Part shown: positions 26,010 to 38,800 of the stretch, one piece after another
How positions within the stretch are numbered: the first letter of the stretch is position 1
Layout: each line of letters opens with the position of its first letter
Assembly: GCA_043228905.1 (NCBI GenBank)
Contig: JBHGNT010000017.1
Location: 10,292,001 to 10,356,000 of the forward strand
Source of the DNA: Azolla caroliniana
Taxonomy: Eukaryota; Plantae; Polypodiophyta
DNA length: 64,000 bases
Reading direction: 5' to 3'
Notes under the pieces: generated by a model
The model's database searches: none
Seen by the model: only the letters and a program-made list of their open reading frames with translations
Told to the model about the DNA's origin: nothing
Program-made: the position numbers and the translations under genes

Positions 26010-26762
26010 CAATAGTTACTGTGGATGGAACAATGTATTTATCCAAGTTCTTAAGATGTCCTAAAGTTGCATTTCTAGAAATAGAGGATAAAGACGGCAT
26101 TACATATAAACATGAACTATACTAGTATCAAACAATTTCCAATGGATAAAACAAGTCACAATGATAAGAATCTCAATATTGAAAAATCTAAGGGAATGAG
26201 GCCATTTATAAATGGATCACTTGAAAGTTGTATTAAACTATCTCAAAATTATGTGCAAAAGATTATTGATGGACTAAATACAAGGCTCCCTAACTTAAGC
26301 TTCTTCAATGCAGCAAAATTATTCAGCCCTACCATTATGCAGATGATAATGTGATTAGGCATAGTAAAGCAAAGACATGGTTGGGAATTTTGATTTCTCA
26401 CTTACAACCAAATGTTAATGTCAATGCATGTCTTCAAATTTTACATGATGCAAAGGGAAATGGAACTCTCTAGTTTTGTTGACACTTGACGTTTAAATTG
26501 TGATAAAGCTTGATTTCTCACTTACAACCAAATGTTGATGTCAATGCATGTCTTCAAATTTTACATGATGCAAAGGCTTATGAAATGGAACTCTCTAGGT
26601 TTGTTGACACTTGACGTTTAAATTGTGATAAAGCTTGGTGTATGTTTTGCAAAATGAAGGATTGGCACAACAATTTCTCTCATTTGAGTGAATTATGGCA
26701 AACTACTTTGGTTATTCCATCTCACACGATTTCGTGTGAAAGAGGGTTCTCTAAGCAAAAAT
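26010..26762 (+). pseudogene. hAT-family transposase C-terminal remnant with a tandem duplication of about 120 bp
   Basis: LWQTTLVIPSHTISCERGFSKQ matches the hAT dimerisation motif; upstream LNTRLP...AAKLFSP; duplication at about 26390-26635. Confidence 0.7.
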
Positions 26763-28488
26763 CGAGTGTCTTAGGATATTGGATCTGATTCTTTTTTTAG
26801 TGGCTTCCTCTAATATTAGCACTATCCTCAACTCTTGCCCATGGCTTCAACATAACTCTCATACTCATATACCCATAGCCGTACTAAGAGCCAACATATA
26901 TAAATGTTTAAACCAAGCAATACACGCTAGAACAAACCAATATCACTCCGACATTTAAACTTACACTTTAGAAAAATATAATGTAGCTGCGCAGCAATCT
27001 TCTGAGTTTGATTTATGTTCCAACATAGAAATTGGTCATTCATAAGATACTCCACGCTTTGGCGATCCGATAAGTTCCCACAGGCTATTAAAGTGTGTGC
27101 ACAGCAATGTACAACGTCGTAAATGTTGGTTGCAAGCAGAAGAACTCAAGAAAGCGTGAGTTGTGTAGAATGACTGCATAAGGTTAGTACGATCATTGGG
27201 ATACGCGGGGCATTTATGGATATGGCAACATTATATATTATGTACGTAAGTCAGAGGCAGGGAGAGGACATTAAAAAAAGAATGTACGAAACTGTGTGAG
27301 AGGCATTGCAATATGCAATATGTAGCATTAATTACGTCCTGTGGTCGCCTTGTAATGTGTGCGTGCCACTTAGTCATTTGAATTAGTTTGAAGCATACAA
27401 TAATAATGAAATCTGATTTTCAGGACAAGTCGAGATGATTAAGCGTTTGGGGGTGTCATTTCAAAGAGCCTGGCCGCATTACCCAGTCTTTTTACTCACT
27501 ACAATCAGTAGTATGAATGGGAGGAATACGGAGGCAATGAAGAAAAAAAGAGAGAGACCCGGCAGCACTCATTCTTCAGGTTTTCATGCCAAATAATATA
27601 GACATAAGTGGGCATCCAAATGATGGTTTTCATACACTGCAACATAATGTATAAATTAATAATAATATAATATGAACTGATTGTCACAGGCCTGGTATGT
27701 AGGTGATTGCCGATTGAAAACGACCTAGAATTTGGCAGTGAATATAAATAATGCATACATCCATCATCAGTAGCTAGCTATAGAGAGAGAGAGTGGTGGC
27801 GATGCTACCAAATAAATACACACATCACTTAATCATCTTTGTTTAGTGAGATATATTCATGCGTATTATATATATTACCTACAACGATATACACCATCTA
27901 TCTATCTGTCTGTGCAAGCTGCCATGCCAGGTCAAGAGTCTAAATGGGACAATATGATAAGCACACATACCTACAAACAACGCTTCCACTATGATGGTGC
28001 TTCTTCATAAGAAATGGACGTAGGTGTCGCTACCTACCTACCACCCGCCTACCATATGTGATGACTAACCACAACGCAGATGAAGTTCAACAGTTTCAAA
28101 GTGAGTGAAGTGTAATTCAAATGTTGTGTGTAACAAGAAAGTAGCTCGACTCATCTTGACAATGCAGCAAATGAGGCAATCTTAGACCACAATACGGTAC
28201 AATACAACACATTACAATATATATATGTGTGTATGTATGTGTGTGTGTATATGCATGTATGTGAAAAGGGAACTCCAACAAGCAATTGCAATCTTGTGTA
28301 ATCTAATGAGATGTATCATCATCATCATCATCATTAGCCAGTGATAAAGAATGGCCATGGTTACGGCAGATGACAGGAATAAAGTGAAATATCCTGTATG
28401 ACATCATTGCCAACCAGTGAACCTAGACTTTCTTAACTGCGTATGATTTTAGCCTAGACAGTAAGTATTATAACCAGTACTGTCACTA

Positions 28489-29070
28489 TTATTCCCTCAC
28501 ATGTTCCTTAGGGTAGGAATCATTACGGTTGCTAATACTAGTATTATTACAGAACTCCATGGGCGCACATGCTGCATTGTTTTGGAAATTCATCTCCCAT
28601 GAGATCTCCGAGCGAGCATCGTCGTCGCCATCATCATCATCAGCATCATCAGCATCATGCCTGGATGATGAATGTGAGCCCCAACCTCTGAGTTCCATTA
28701 AGGTCCAATCCTCTAGGAGCATTGGAGTTGTCACAAAGTTACTACTCTCTACCTCACTCTCAGGATCATGGAATAGTAGCTCGAGGGAGGCAGGGTCATG
28801 TATATATGCATTAGCAGCAGCAGGGGTGAAATTGCTGGAGTCATCGTCACGCTCATCACTAGTCATGATTTCCGACGCTTCATCCACACCATTAGTCATG
28901 TAATTACTTCCATCAGGAGGAAGTGAATGCCCCATGAAACCAATGTATTTGTTCATCGCCATGATCAGGCTACCATTGTTGCTTTGCCGTGTCAATGAAG
29001 TGTGCAACTTCCGGGGATCCATGTATGATCTCCGGCAGCTCTTCCAATCCACATAATATACTTGTCCAGT
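28489..29070 (-). CDS. WW-domain protein, CURLY FLAG LEAF 1-like, exon 2
   Basis: Acceptor TTCTTCTCTGTAG; a phase-0 join completes the WW domain LPHGWEQFLHLQ-TGQVYYVDWKSCRRSYMDPR; acidic C-terminus; TAA at 28489. Confidence 0.82.
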   Translation of the reverse strand, partial: TGQVYYVDWKSCRRSYMDPRKLHTSLTRQSNNGSLIMAMNKYIGFMGHSLPPDGSNYMTNGVDEASEIMTSDERDDDSSNFTPAAANAYIHDPASLELLFHDPESEVESSNFVTTPMLLEDWTLMELRGWGSHSSSRHDADDADDDDGDDDARSEISWEMNFQNNAACAPMEFCNNTSISNRNDSYPKEHVRE

Positions 29071-29191
29071 CTACAGAGAAGAAGAATGCATTGATATGAT
29101 GAGATACTCCATGAGCAGTACCGACGTCTTGAGCGGTAGGTAGACAATGACACACAAACAAATTTAAAGCTGTTGTTGTTGTTGCACATAC

Positions 29192-29398
29192 CTGGAGATG
29201 AAGGAACTGCTCCCAGCCATGAGGCAGGGGCTCTTGAGAATTGAGGTCCACTGCTTGGAGAGCAAGAGGAGATGAAATGCGTCCGACTGCTAACGGGCTC
29301 TCCGTCGTAGCCGCAGCCGAACTGTGCAGGAGGCGGAGGTGGGTCTCCATGGCCTGTAGGGCGTCTGTGGACCATGAAGTGCCGCTGCTGCGTTCCAT
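29192..29398 (-). CDS. WW-domain protein, CURLY FLAG LEAF 1-like, exon 1
   Basis: ATG at 29398; 69 codons ending VDLNSQEPLPHGWEQFLHLQ; donor CAG|GTATGT. Confidence 0.85.
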
Positions 29399-29409
29399 CG
29401 AATTATTAA

Positions 29410-29462
<53 letters not shown>

Positions 29463-30014
29463 ACTAGATGAGAATCAGTGACAGAAGAAGTAGTGGAGGA
29501 AGGCGTCGATAGTTATATCATCATAATGTAGATAAGATAGCCCCTTCGTGGGGTGGGGTGGGGTGGGGTGGGGTGGGGTGTTTGTTTATATTCAGGGAAA
29601 GAATGAAGTGGAGGGGCTCAGGATAGGCAGCCACAGCCACAGCCACAGCCACTTACTTACATACATACATACTACTACTACTACTATGACTGGTCATAAT
29701 ATAAAGATGAAGGAGAATCACAGTATCATTTAGTAGTCATTGTGTAGCGAATGGCGCATCACCAACCAGAGAGAGAGAGAGAGGATTTGGAAGCAGAACG
29801 AAGAGACTAAGATGAAAGAGAGGAGAAATGATAGAGAAAAGGGCATAAAGAATAAGAAGATGGATGGATATGATGAGGCAGGAAGTATGTATGTAAATAT
29901 AAGAAGAATAGAAAGCAGCAGAGCAGAGTGAGTAGGTCAGGAGTGAGGAGTGAGACAGAGCAGACAGACAAAGAGACACAGAAGAATCCGAGGCAGGCGG
30001 GCAGGCATTTGCAA

Positions 30015-30067
<53 letters not shown>

Positions 30068-30801
30068 CACGCTGCCTCTCTCTCCACGCTGCTATGCTAT
30101 CCTCATCCTGGGCTTGGTAGCAGCAGCATTTTATTAACTATATATATTAATTATGTATGTATGTATGTGCTTCAACTCTCCTTCCTTAATTACGGAAAGA
30201 AAGAAAGAAAAAATAAAGAGAACTTTACCTCCTCCTTTTTCTTTTTGTTTTCTCTACTTTTTATTTATATATGTATTATTATTACTACTATTCCGTGAAT
30301 TTTAATCTTTTTCACGACCACCGTAATTTATACAACACACACACACAGAAGACGTACATAACATACAAACACAACACACATATGTATAAAGGTTTTTTAT
30401 ACATGTCTATTTATTTATACATACCTACAAAGGCGACATAATGACATACAGACTCTACCGATGCATGTATGTATGTAAGTAAATGTATGTAAACACATAT
30501 ACGCCCACCATGTTAGGATTTAACTGAGTGAACAAATTTGTGTACATATATATGTATAAATACATAATGCAAAATTTTAATCCCAAAGCGATTGACTACG
30601 TAAATATCATTTCTCCTTGAATAAGTCTACTTCTTTGTCTACTAAACACCCCCCGCCCCCCCCCCCCCCCCCCCCCGCAGCCTTAAAGAAAGCACCTAAT
30701 TTCCGTTTTTTTATTTCTTTTAGAAAAATATGCGTGATGTCCTGAAAATCCATGTCAAAAGCATAGAAATTCTTTGGATCCTAAATAAATATATATGTAT
30801 G

Positions 30802-30833
<32 letters not shown>

Positions 30834-31400
30834 TGGTTCCAAAAAATTTAGAGAAGATTTATATTTCGGTACCAAATGTAAGAATAGAATTGGCATAGAG
30901 ATGAAGGCATGGATGGATCAGGTTGATAGATTTAGAGAGAGAGAGAGAAACATTAAATGCTGCAATTAGTACATGTCTCTCACTCAAATACACATACTAC
31001 TAGTATACATGCATACATACTTCCTCCAAGTCTGTCTCTCTCTCTCTCTTCTGGTCTCATGATGTGTGTGGGCATTCATTGAGAAGAGAGAGAGAGAGAG
31101 AGAGAGTGTGTGTGTGTGTGTGTAGCTAGCTTTTAAAACGCATTAAATTACCATAATGATTATTATTATCACCATTATTTATTATTTGAGAGAGAAGAAG
31201 CATTTAATGAGAGATGACAACGACACTCTTCTATCTTGTTACTTGTTGCGTTGCTAATTTGCTGCTGCGAGGTTGTCTCTGTCTCTCTGTCTCTCTCATT
31301 TTCTCATATAAAAAAAAAAAGAGGAAGGGAAGAATGGGAAGGAGAAAGAGAGAGAGAGAATGCATCCATCCGATGGTGCAGCAGGAAGAAGAGGAGGAGG
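29410..31400. repeat. Microsatellite-rich 5'/promoter region: (CT)n, (TA)n, (GGGGT)6, (AGCCAC)n, poly-C, (GA)n(GT)n
   Basis: Directly visible; candidate minus-strand TATA at about 29585-29591. Confidence 0.85.
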
Positions 31401-31686
31401 AGGATGATACGCTACGCGCACCACGCAGGTGTAAGTAGTAATAATAATATCCGAGAGAAGGAAGGAAGGAAGGGAGGCTAGGCTTTCTTCACGTTGAAAC
31501 CCTTCCTTCTTTCCCCTCCCATTTATTGGCTAGTAGACCCTGCCTGCCCTGGTCTTTGTCAAGAATCAAGGGCTTTATACCCTCCTAAGTCCTCCTCCCC
31601 CTTCCTTTTTCTTTTTATCTCTTCCTTTCACATGCATTACATGGAACGTTGTATTTTTGGTCTCATGGGTCATATTTGACGTCTGA

Positions 31687-31821
31687 AAACGATAATAAAA
31701 TCACTCTATCTCATTTGCAATCTATTACGTCCCAAACGATAATAAAATCACTCTATCTCATTTACAATCTTTTACGTCCCAAACGATAATAAAATCACTC
31801 TATCTCATTTACAATCTATTA
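31687..31821. repeat. 47-bp tandem repeat, about 3 copies
   Basis: AAACGATAATAAAATCACTCTATCTCATTT... starts at 31687, 31734 and 31781. Confidence 0.9.
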
Positions 31822-31899
31822 TTATTTAGGAGCTTGAAATGTATTGTTCTCATAAGCCTCCTTTTTAAATAGTTTATACAAAAACACTATATTTATAGC

Positions 31900-32620
31900 T
31901 CTCATCAATCATATAGAGATTATTGCCAAATTTCCATCCATCCTTTCATATAGGTGTCTAACAATCATTACTTCTTCATGCTATGTTTGTGCGCACACCT
32001 TTGTGCTTTCCATAAATTGTATCTTGCCTTTTGTCAACTAAATTGCACGAACGATTGTTTGTGATGCTTTCTATCTTCCTCCGCATTACAACATCATAAC
32101 AATCTCGCATTGATTTGGCGGGACATTTATGATATATGTGTGTACAACCAAATTGTGCAAAAGTGGATGTTGTTGATAAAATGTCATACTTCTCCCCTAA
32201 TGTTTAAATCCTATTCAATATGGACTCATCCACTTGTGACTATTCATACTATCTCACAAAAATATGCCTTCATGTCTCAATCTTGTAACCAATCCATTTA
32301 TGTTCTCAAATATATGCTTCTTAATACAGTGGAGTGGTGAAGAAAGTTCTGTAATTATCTCAATCGTGTCAAATTAACTTTTCAAATCTCAGTGCTTGAA
32401 ACATAGAAAAAGGAAATGCCATAACTAAATCTTTCTAAGTTAGCATTATCATTTCAAACATGTACCCATCGATTGCACATGAGATTATCCAATCGATGGT
32501 ATGTCCTCGATTCGATGAGGTGCACAAGCTGCTTCCATGAGATCATACCTTAGGAAGTGGTGGCGCAGCTCAAAAGTGAAGTTGGGTGCCTTTGAAACAA
32601 AGAAAGGAAGCTCTAAACTA
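31900..32620 (+). pseudogene. Possible MULE transposase remnant
   Basis: A frame at about 32217-32277 reads NMDSSTCDYSYYLTKICLHV, resembling a decayed SWIM finger; nothing else confirmed. Confidence 0.25.
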
Positions 32621-34237
32621 ATTTTAAATAATAATATTTAATGACAAAGGTCTACATGTTAAAGGGAATACTCAATGCATTGTCAATATTGGATAGCTAT
32701 TTGTTTGCCATGTTTATACCAATCATCTGTTGGTCTATATTGAAACAATAGATACCTATGGAAAATAAAGAAATGGCCAAAGATCTTTCCACCAATTTGT
32801 TTGGACATTAAAGAAGTGTTAAATAAAGTGGGTATACATCTTATTGAAAAATTTCATCAAGCACCAATGGAGTAGCCATTAAAAATCCAAATTATATGTG
32901 AACATTCAAAAGATATATCTAGAATAAAATTCATAAAGATACCTTTTTCACCACCATTTCTAACTTTTACCCATTCAAGTGTGGTGGATATGTTAAAAAT
33001 AAAGTAAGCACTCATTACCATGTAGATGAAATGAGGAGGAGAGGTGGAGATCATGCACTAAGAATAAATACGAGTTGTTGTAAAATTGAGTCTCCATTGT
33101 GAGCTTCATTTCTTTCTTTTTTTCGATCAAGAATTAGTTCTTGGTAAAAGCCATTGTGGACTCATTAAATGTACTCCATCTAGTTTACCAAAGAAAAGAA
33201 GCCTAGTTACACTTGAGCTTTATTTCTCACCACTCCCCCTCAAGCTCAAGATACCATTGAAGGCTTGAAACTCATCTACATTAGAGCCTATCCAATCTTG
33301 TTTTGACATTTACTGTTGAGCGGACAAGCTCAACCGGATCCAGATCAGCTGAATAAGCCAGAGTCGAATCAGTATCCGGATCAAAGAATCAAATTGATGT
33401 CCGAAACCAGGAGCCAGATCAGAGAGCTGGATCGTAATCTAGATCGGATTGTAACCGGTAGGCCGTTAGAGGCCTACGAATCTAGTCTAATACGTAGGCA
33501 TATTTTTAGGAGTCAGTGTCAGTCGCTCGTATGAGCACTGAAGTACTTGTCAGTACTTCTGACAGTCCTTTCATGGACTTGTATAAAAGTGCTCACTGAG
33601 CACATTGTATGTATAGAGAGTTATTAGTGTTTTGGAATATACACATTTTCTGTGTTCTGCTCTAACTCTGTCTCTCCCGCGTACTCTATGATTCAAGGTT
33701 CCATTAAACCTGTTTGTATTCTATTGTTATCCGGCTCAGCCAGTTTTGTCTTAGCTCCCGCATATTCTCTTTTACATGGTACCAAAGCGCGAGGGTTGAG
33801 AACCTCTGCAGTCGATGAGAGATTTCCGAACACAACTCCTAATACTCGGTAAAGAATAGAAGAGAAGGAGAGAATGGATCGAGGAATGGCTAGCTCGCTT
33901 CCAACGGAGAAGGTCGACAAATCCAACTATTCATATTGGTCGTACAAGATGGACTAGTACCTGCTTGGGCATGGCTACTGGAGTTATGTCGATGGAGCTA
34001 ACGATACGGCACCAGATGTGGCACATAAGGACTTTTCGACTTAGGAACAAGCGGCAAGTAGAGTTATGTACTGCTTTGCGTCTAGTGTCGGTGATCAGCT
34101 GTTGAGCCATATCCAGGATGCCAAGACACCAAAGGAATCTTGGGGAAACCTGAAGAAGGTCTTCGCAGCAAGCACCACGGCTCGGAAGATGCAAACCCGA
34201 CATGAGTTGAGCAATGTCCGACAGAAGGACATGTCGA

Positions 34238-34914
34238 TGTCGCGAAAATCTACGCGTGCGTGTCAGATAGGACGAGACCATGGGGGTCTTGAACTAGGGA
34301 GTAAGAGGAGTGAGAGAAGCTTGGGAGTTCAACCGAGAAGGAAGAGAAAGATTAAGATTCAAGAGAATAAGATCTAAACAAGACAAGATACATTATGAAA
34401 AGCACCACACCAATTACAACTGTGGATGTGTAGGCCGAATGTAAACCCTAACTGGATAGGGGAAAAGAAGAAGAAGAAGAAGACAAATGAAACCCCTAAA
34501 ACGAGATCCTAAAACCCAAAATTCCGAAACCCTAATAACAACCCAAAGAAACCCAAAAAGTGGAATCCCTTCAAAAGTGACCCCTCACTCCCTTTTATAG
34601 TAGTAAGGGGTGAGGCACATTACAAAAAGGAGTGGTCAAATCCCCTATCTTTCAAAGGAGAGTATTTGACCTCAATCTTAAGAGGTGAGATTTAAAGGTA
34701 GGCATAAATAAAGTCTTATACCTATTAAATCTATATTTATAACACTTATGATAAGTTAATACAATGGTAAAGTTCTGGTTTATTTACATGGGGGTATAGG
34801 GTTTGAATCTTGCCCTATGCATGTAATAAATATTTTCTTTTATTTATATATATGTACTTAAATCAGATATATTATTTTTACATTTTCACGTAGTGTGCGG
34901 ACTACACTACGACA
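34238..34914 (-). repeat. Solo LTR related to gypsy family F
   Basis: TGTCG...CGACA termini; U3 end homologous to the 46367 and 52628 LTRs; flanks do not form a TSD. Confidence 0.75.
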
Positions 34915-34949
34915 ACGTGACCACATATGCATATATTAAAAAAAAATCT

Positions 34950-35722
34950 CCAGCACCAGGTACGACTCGATGCCATGACGGTGGTATGTGTTACGAGCAT
35001 GAACATATAATATCTTGTGGTGAGAATTTACCATAATATTCTATACACGTGGATAAGTGTGAGGGTTAATAGTGTAAAGAAGGGGAGGATTACTTTTAAT
35101 CCTCGTGATTGAGACAACCCATTAGGCCAAGTGTGAGGATCGACTTAAGAGATAAGGATCGACTTAAGTGTGAGGGTTAAACGAGAGTGTAAAGAAGGGG
35201 AGAATTACTTTTAATCCTTGGGATTGAAACAACCCATTAGGCCAAGTGTGAACCTGCCTGGGGGCCTTAGGTCTGGCTATAAATATCAGGCCTAGCTACC
35301 CTCATTTCATCATCTTTTGACTACATAGAGACTCTATTTTGTGGTCAGTCAACTCTTGTCGCGAGCGCGCTAGCACCAGGTACGATTCCACACCACGGCG
35401 GTGGTATGGGACGCCGATTGAGGCTCGAGTCTGTCTCGATCCCTTGCTCGGGGGCGGTCGGGTGGATCGACACCCTTCTTTCTCTCTCTCCTTTCTTATT
35501 TCATATATATCCTTATCATATGCTTACATTAGATCATCACTCTAACAATTGGTATCAAGGTCTCCCAGGCAAGTTCACACTTGGCCTAATGGGTTGTCTC
35601 AATCCCGAGGATTAAAAGTGATCCTCCCCTTCTTTACACTCTTAACCCTCACACTTATCCACGTGTATAGAATACTACGGTAAATTCTCACCACGGGATA
35701 TTATATGGTCATGCCCGTAACA
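34950..35722. repeat. Family C LTR cluster: fragment, LTR 34989-35547 with PBS, inverted U3 piece 35563-35722
   Basis: Homology to 16997-17451; TGGTATCA follows the LTR; inverted piece ends ...CCCGTAACA. Confidence 0.88.
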
Positions 35723-35877
35723 CACGCACATAGAAAAGGGGAAGAAGAAGATGTCGGAGTACGACACCGGCACAACCCAATCGAATTGGCGTGAATCGGA
35801 CTCTGACAGAACCGAAAAGGAACCTCCGAGGAGGAGGTCAAAATCGGCCGAGAAGGCCACCAAATTGACGAATCAAG

Positions 35878-38800
35878 TGTTGGGATTTCGGTCCCTCCGG
35901 ATGGGATGTCCGGAGATGAATGACGGCAAGCCCGGTTGCGGTTACGGAGCCGGATGATGAATACCCCGGTTACGGAGCCGGATGATGAAGACCCCGGTTA
36001 CGGAGCCGGATGATGAAGACCCCGGTTACGGAGCCGGATGATGAATGTACCCGGAGAGAGATCCGGATGCGGGGACATATTTGTGAATATGTTTGCCAAG
36101 AGCCCTTGAGGCTATATTTGTAAATAGCCCGAAAGTCATATGTGTATAAATATGACTTAGGGCAAACAGTTTATGTTGTTGCTCATTTTATGCGAAAAGA
36201 GAGCAGCCGAGAGAGAGAGACGAAGAGGTCGTTGCCTCTGTGTATTACCGCCGCCTGTGGCGAAGACAGTGAGCTCAAGGTTGTTGCCTTGTAGCCTCAT
36301 TAGTGTACATCCCTGTTCATAGTGATAGTTGGAGTTTGAGGACTCCCGTGGTTTTTTCCCATTTAGGGTTTGCCACGTAAAACATCCAGTGTACCTTTCT
36401 CTCTCTATTGTCCCTGTGCACTGTGTATTTCCCGTTTTCTGTGAGTTGATCCTATTCCTCGGTTGTGGCCGAGCATTGCGTTCAACAAAGTGGTATCAGA
36501 GCACGGTTAACACAGAAAATGGAAGGCGGCGGTAGTGGGCCTCCGGGCATGATGGTGTTGAACTCACATAACTACGCCGACTGGAAGATAAAGATGGAAG
36601 ACCTTCTCATCGTCCGAGACCTGTATGAACCGATCGACAATGCCGAGATACCCAAGGGGGTAATAGAGTCGGAGTGGAAGCTCCTGAACCGGAAAGCCGT
36701 AGCGACGATCCGGCAATATGTCGATGTAAGCGTTCTACAACATGTGGCGAATGACACCAACGCATATGAGATGTGGAAGAAGCTGTCGGGCCTCTACGAG
36801 AGGAAGAATGCGTTGAACCGGACCTCCCTGATGAGGAAGATAGTGAACCTCAAGTACCGGGACGACGAGAATATGGTGGAACACGTGAGCACGTTCATGG
36901 GATTCGTGAACCAGCTTGCGGCGATCAAGTTCCCGCTGGAGGATGCGATGCAAGCCATCATTCTGATGTGTACATTGCCGGAAAGCTGGGAGAACTTGGT
37001 GGTGACTCTCAGCACCTCCTGCACCGAAGATAACTTGTCCCTACAAACGGTAAAGACAAGTATTTTGAACGAAGAAGCGCGTCGGAGAGATAAAGAACCG
37101 GCCTCCGACTCGAAGGCGCTGCTTACCGAATCGGAACGGGGAAGACAATGGAACCGGAGTCCGCAAAGACGGGAGAAGTCGGGGACCCGGTCGCAGTCAA
37201 GAGGAAGACCCACATGCTTCCACTGTGGGAAGCCGGGGCACTTCCGGAAGAATTGTCGGCATTACCGAAAGGACAACGGAGCCGACGACACCGATTCGAA
37301 GAAGTCACCGGAGAGAAACGGCGCATACCGGGGAGCCACGGACCGAAGAGGTCCGGAACGGCGAGGGCAGGACCGGAAAGGAACGACAACACTCGCGGCA
37401 AGTGAAGAAGAGATAATGCTCATTACCGAAGAGACGGAGCTGAACCTTGCCGGTGAAGAGATGACCTGGGTGGTCGATTCCGGAGCATCATTCCACCTGA
37501 CCCCGGAGAAGAAATACTTCTCATCCTACACAGCCGGTGAGCACGGCTGTGTCCGGATGGGAAATGAAGGTACATGCCGGATTGCCGGCATAGGAGATGT
37601 GTGGCTGATGACATCAACCGGATGCAAGATGCTGCTGAAGGATGTCCGACACGTTCCGGAGGTTCGATTGAACCTGATTTCGGCCGGGAGGCTAGACGAT
37701 GAAGGCTACACGGGTAGCATCCGGAACGGTGTCATGAAGTTCAGCAAAGGGAGCCTGATAGTGGCTCGGGCCCGGAAGGTCAACACACTGTACCTGATGA
37801 ATTCCCGGCTATGTCCGGAGGAGCTGAACGTGGCAGCTGACTCTGCCGGTGAGCTGTGGCACAAGAGACTGTGCCACATGAGCGAGAAGGGGATGAAGAG
37901 GCTTGCAGAAGACAACCTTATCCCAGTGAAGTATGTGCATCTGGAGAAGTGCACCGATTGCCTGGCCGGTAAGCAGAACCGAGCCTCCTTCCACTCAAGG
38001 CCACCGACGAGACGTAGCGCACCATTGGAGTTGGTGCACACCGACGTGTGTCAAGTAGAAACGAAGTCACATGGCGGAGCCCAGTACTTCGTGACATTCA
38101 TTGATGACCACAGCCGGAAGCTGTGGACGGCACCGTTGAAGACAAAGGACCAAGTGTTGTGCGTCTTCAAAGAACTCCACGCGAGAGTGGAAAGGGAATC
38201 CGGCAAGAAGCTGAAAGCGATACGAGCGGATAACGGAGGGGAATACCGGGGGTAGTTCAAGGAGTACTGTCGCTCGAAGGGAATCCGGCTCGAGTTTACT
38301 GTGCCGAAGACGCCGGAACTGAACGGGCTGGCCGAGAGGATGAACCGGACCATAATGGAGAGGGTCCGGAGTATGCTGGCGCATGCGAAATTACCCAAGG
38401 GGTTTTGGGCTGAGGCAATGTCGACGGCGACATATGTGATAAATAGATCACCCTCAGTACCCCTGGATGGAGACACGCCACAGAGAGTGTGGACCGGTAA
38501 GGAAGTGTCCTACCGGCATCTGAAGGTGTTTGGGTGTCTCGCATATGTGCATGTGGCTAAGGACCGGAGAGGAAAGTTAGATCCAAAGACCCGGCCATAC
38601 ATATTCCTCGGTTACGGCGACGACGAGTTCGGCTACCGAGTATGGGACCCGGTCGACAAGAAGATATTCAGGAGTCGAGATATCATCTTCATGGAGGACA
38701 AGACACTCGCCGACTGGGAGTCGGAGAAGAAGATGAAGAGCTCCAAGTCGACCGGTGAGGATCAACTCTACGAGGAGCAGTCCCGACCGGCAAGGGACCG

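Noticed and set aside
27505-27756. Third exon of the WW gene
   Set aside because: An acceptor-like TTGCAG exists, but the available donor phase gives no CFL1-like sequence
29737-31481. Short ORFs with RE/SL runs
   Set aside because: Microsatellite translations
34440-34560. Interstitial telomere
   Set aside because: Scattered AAACCCTA telo-boxes inside an LTR, not an array; this also cautions that the repeats at 41939-42059 are not diagnostic on their own
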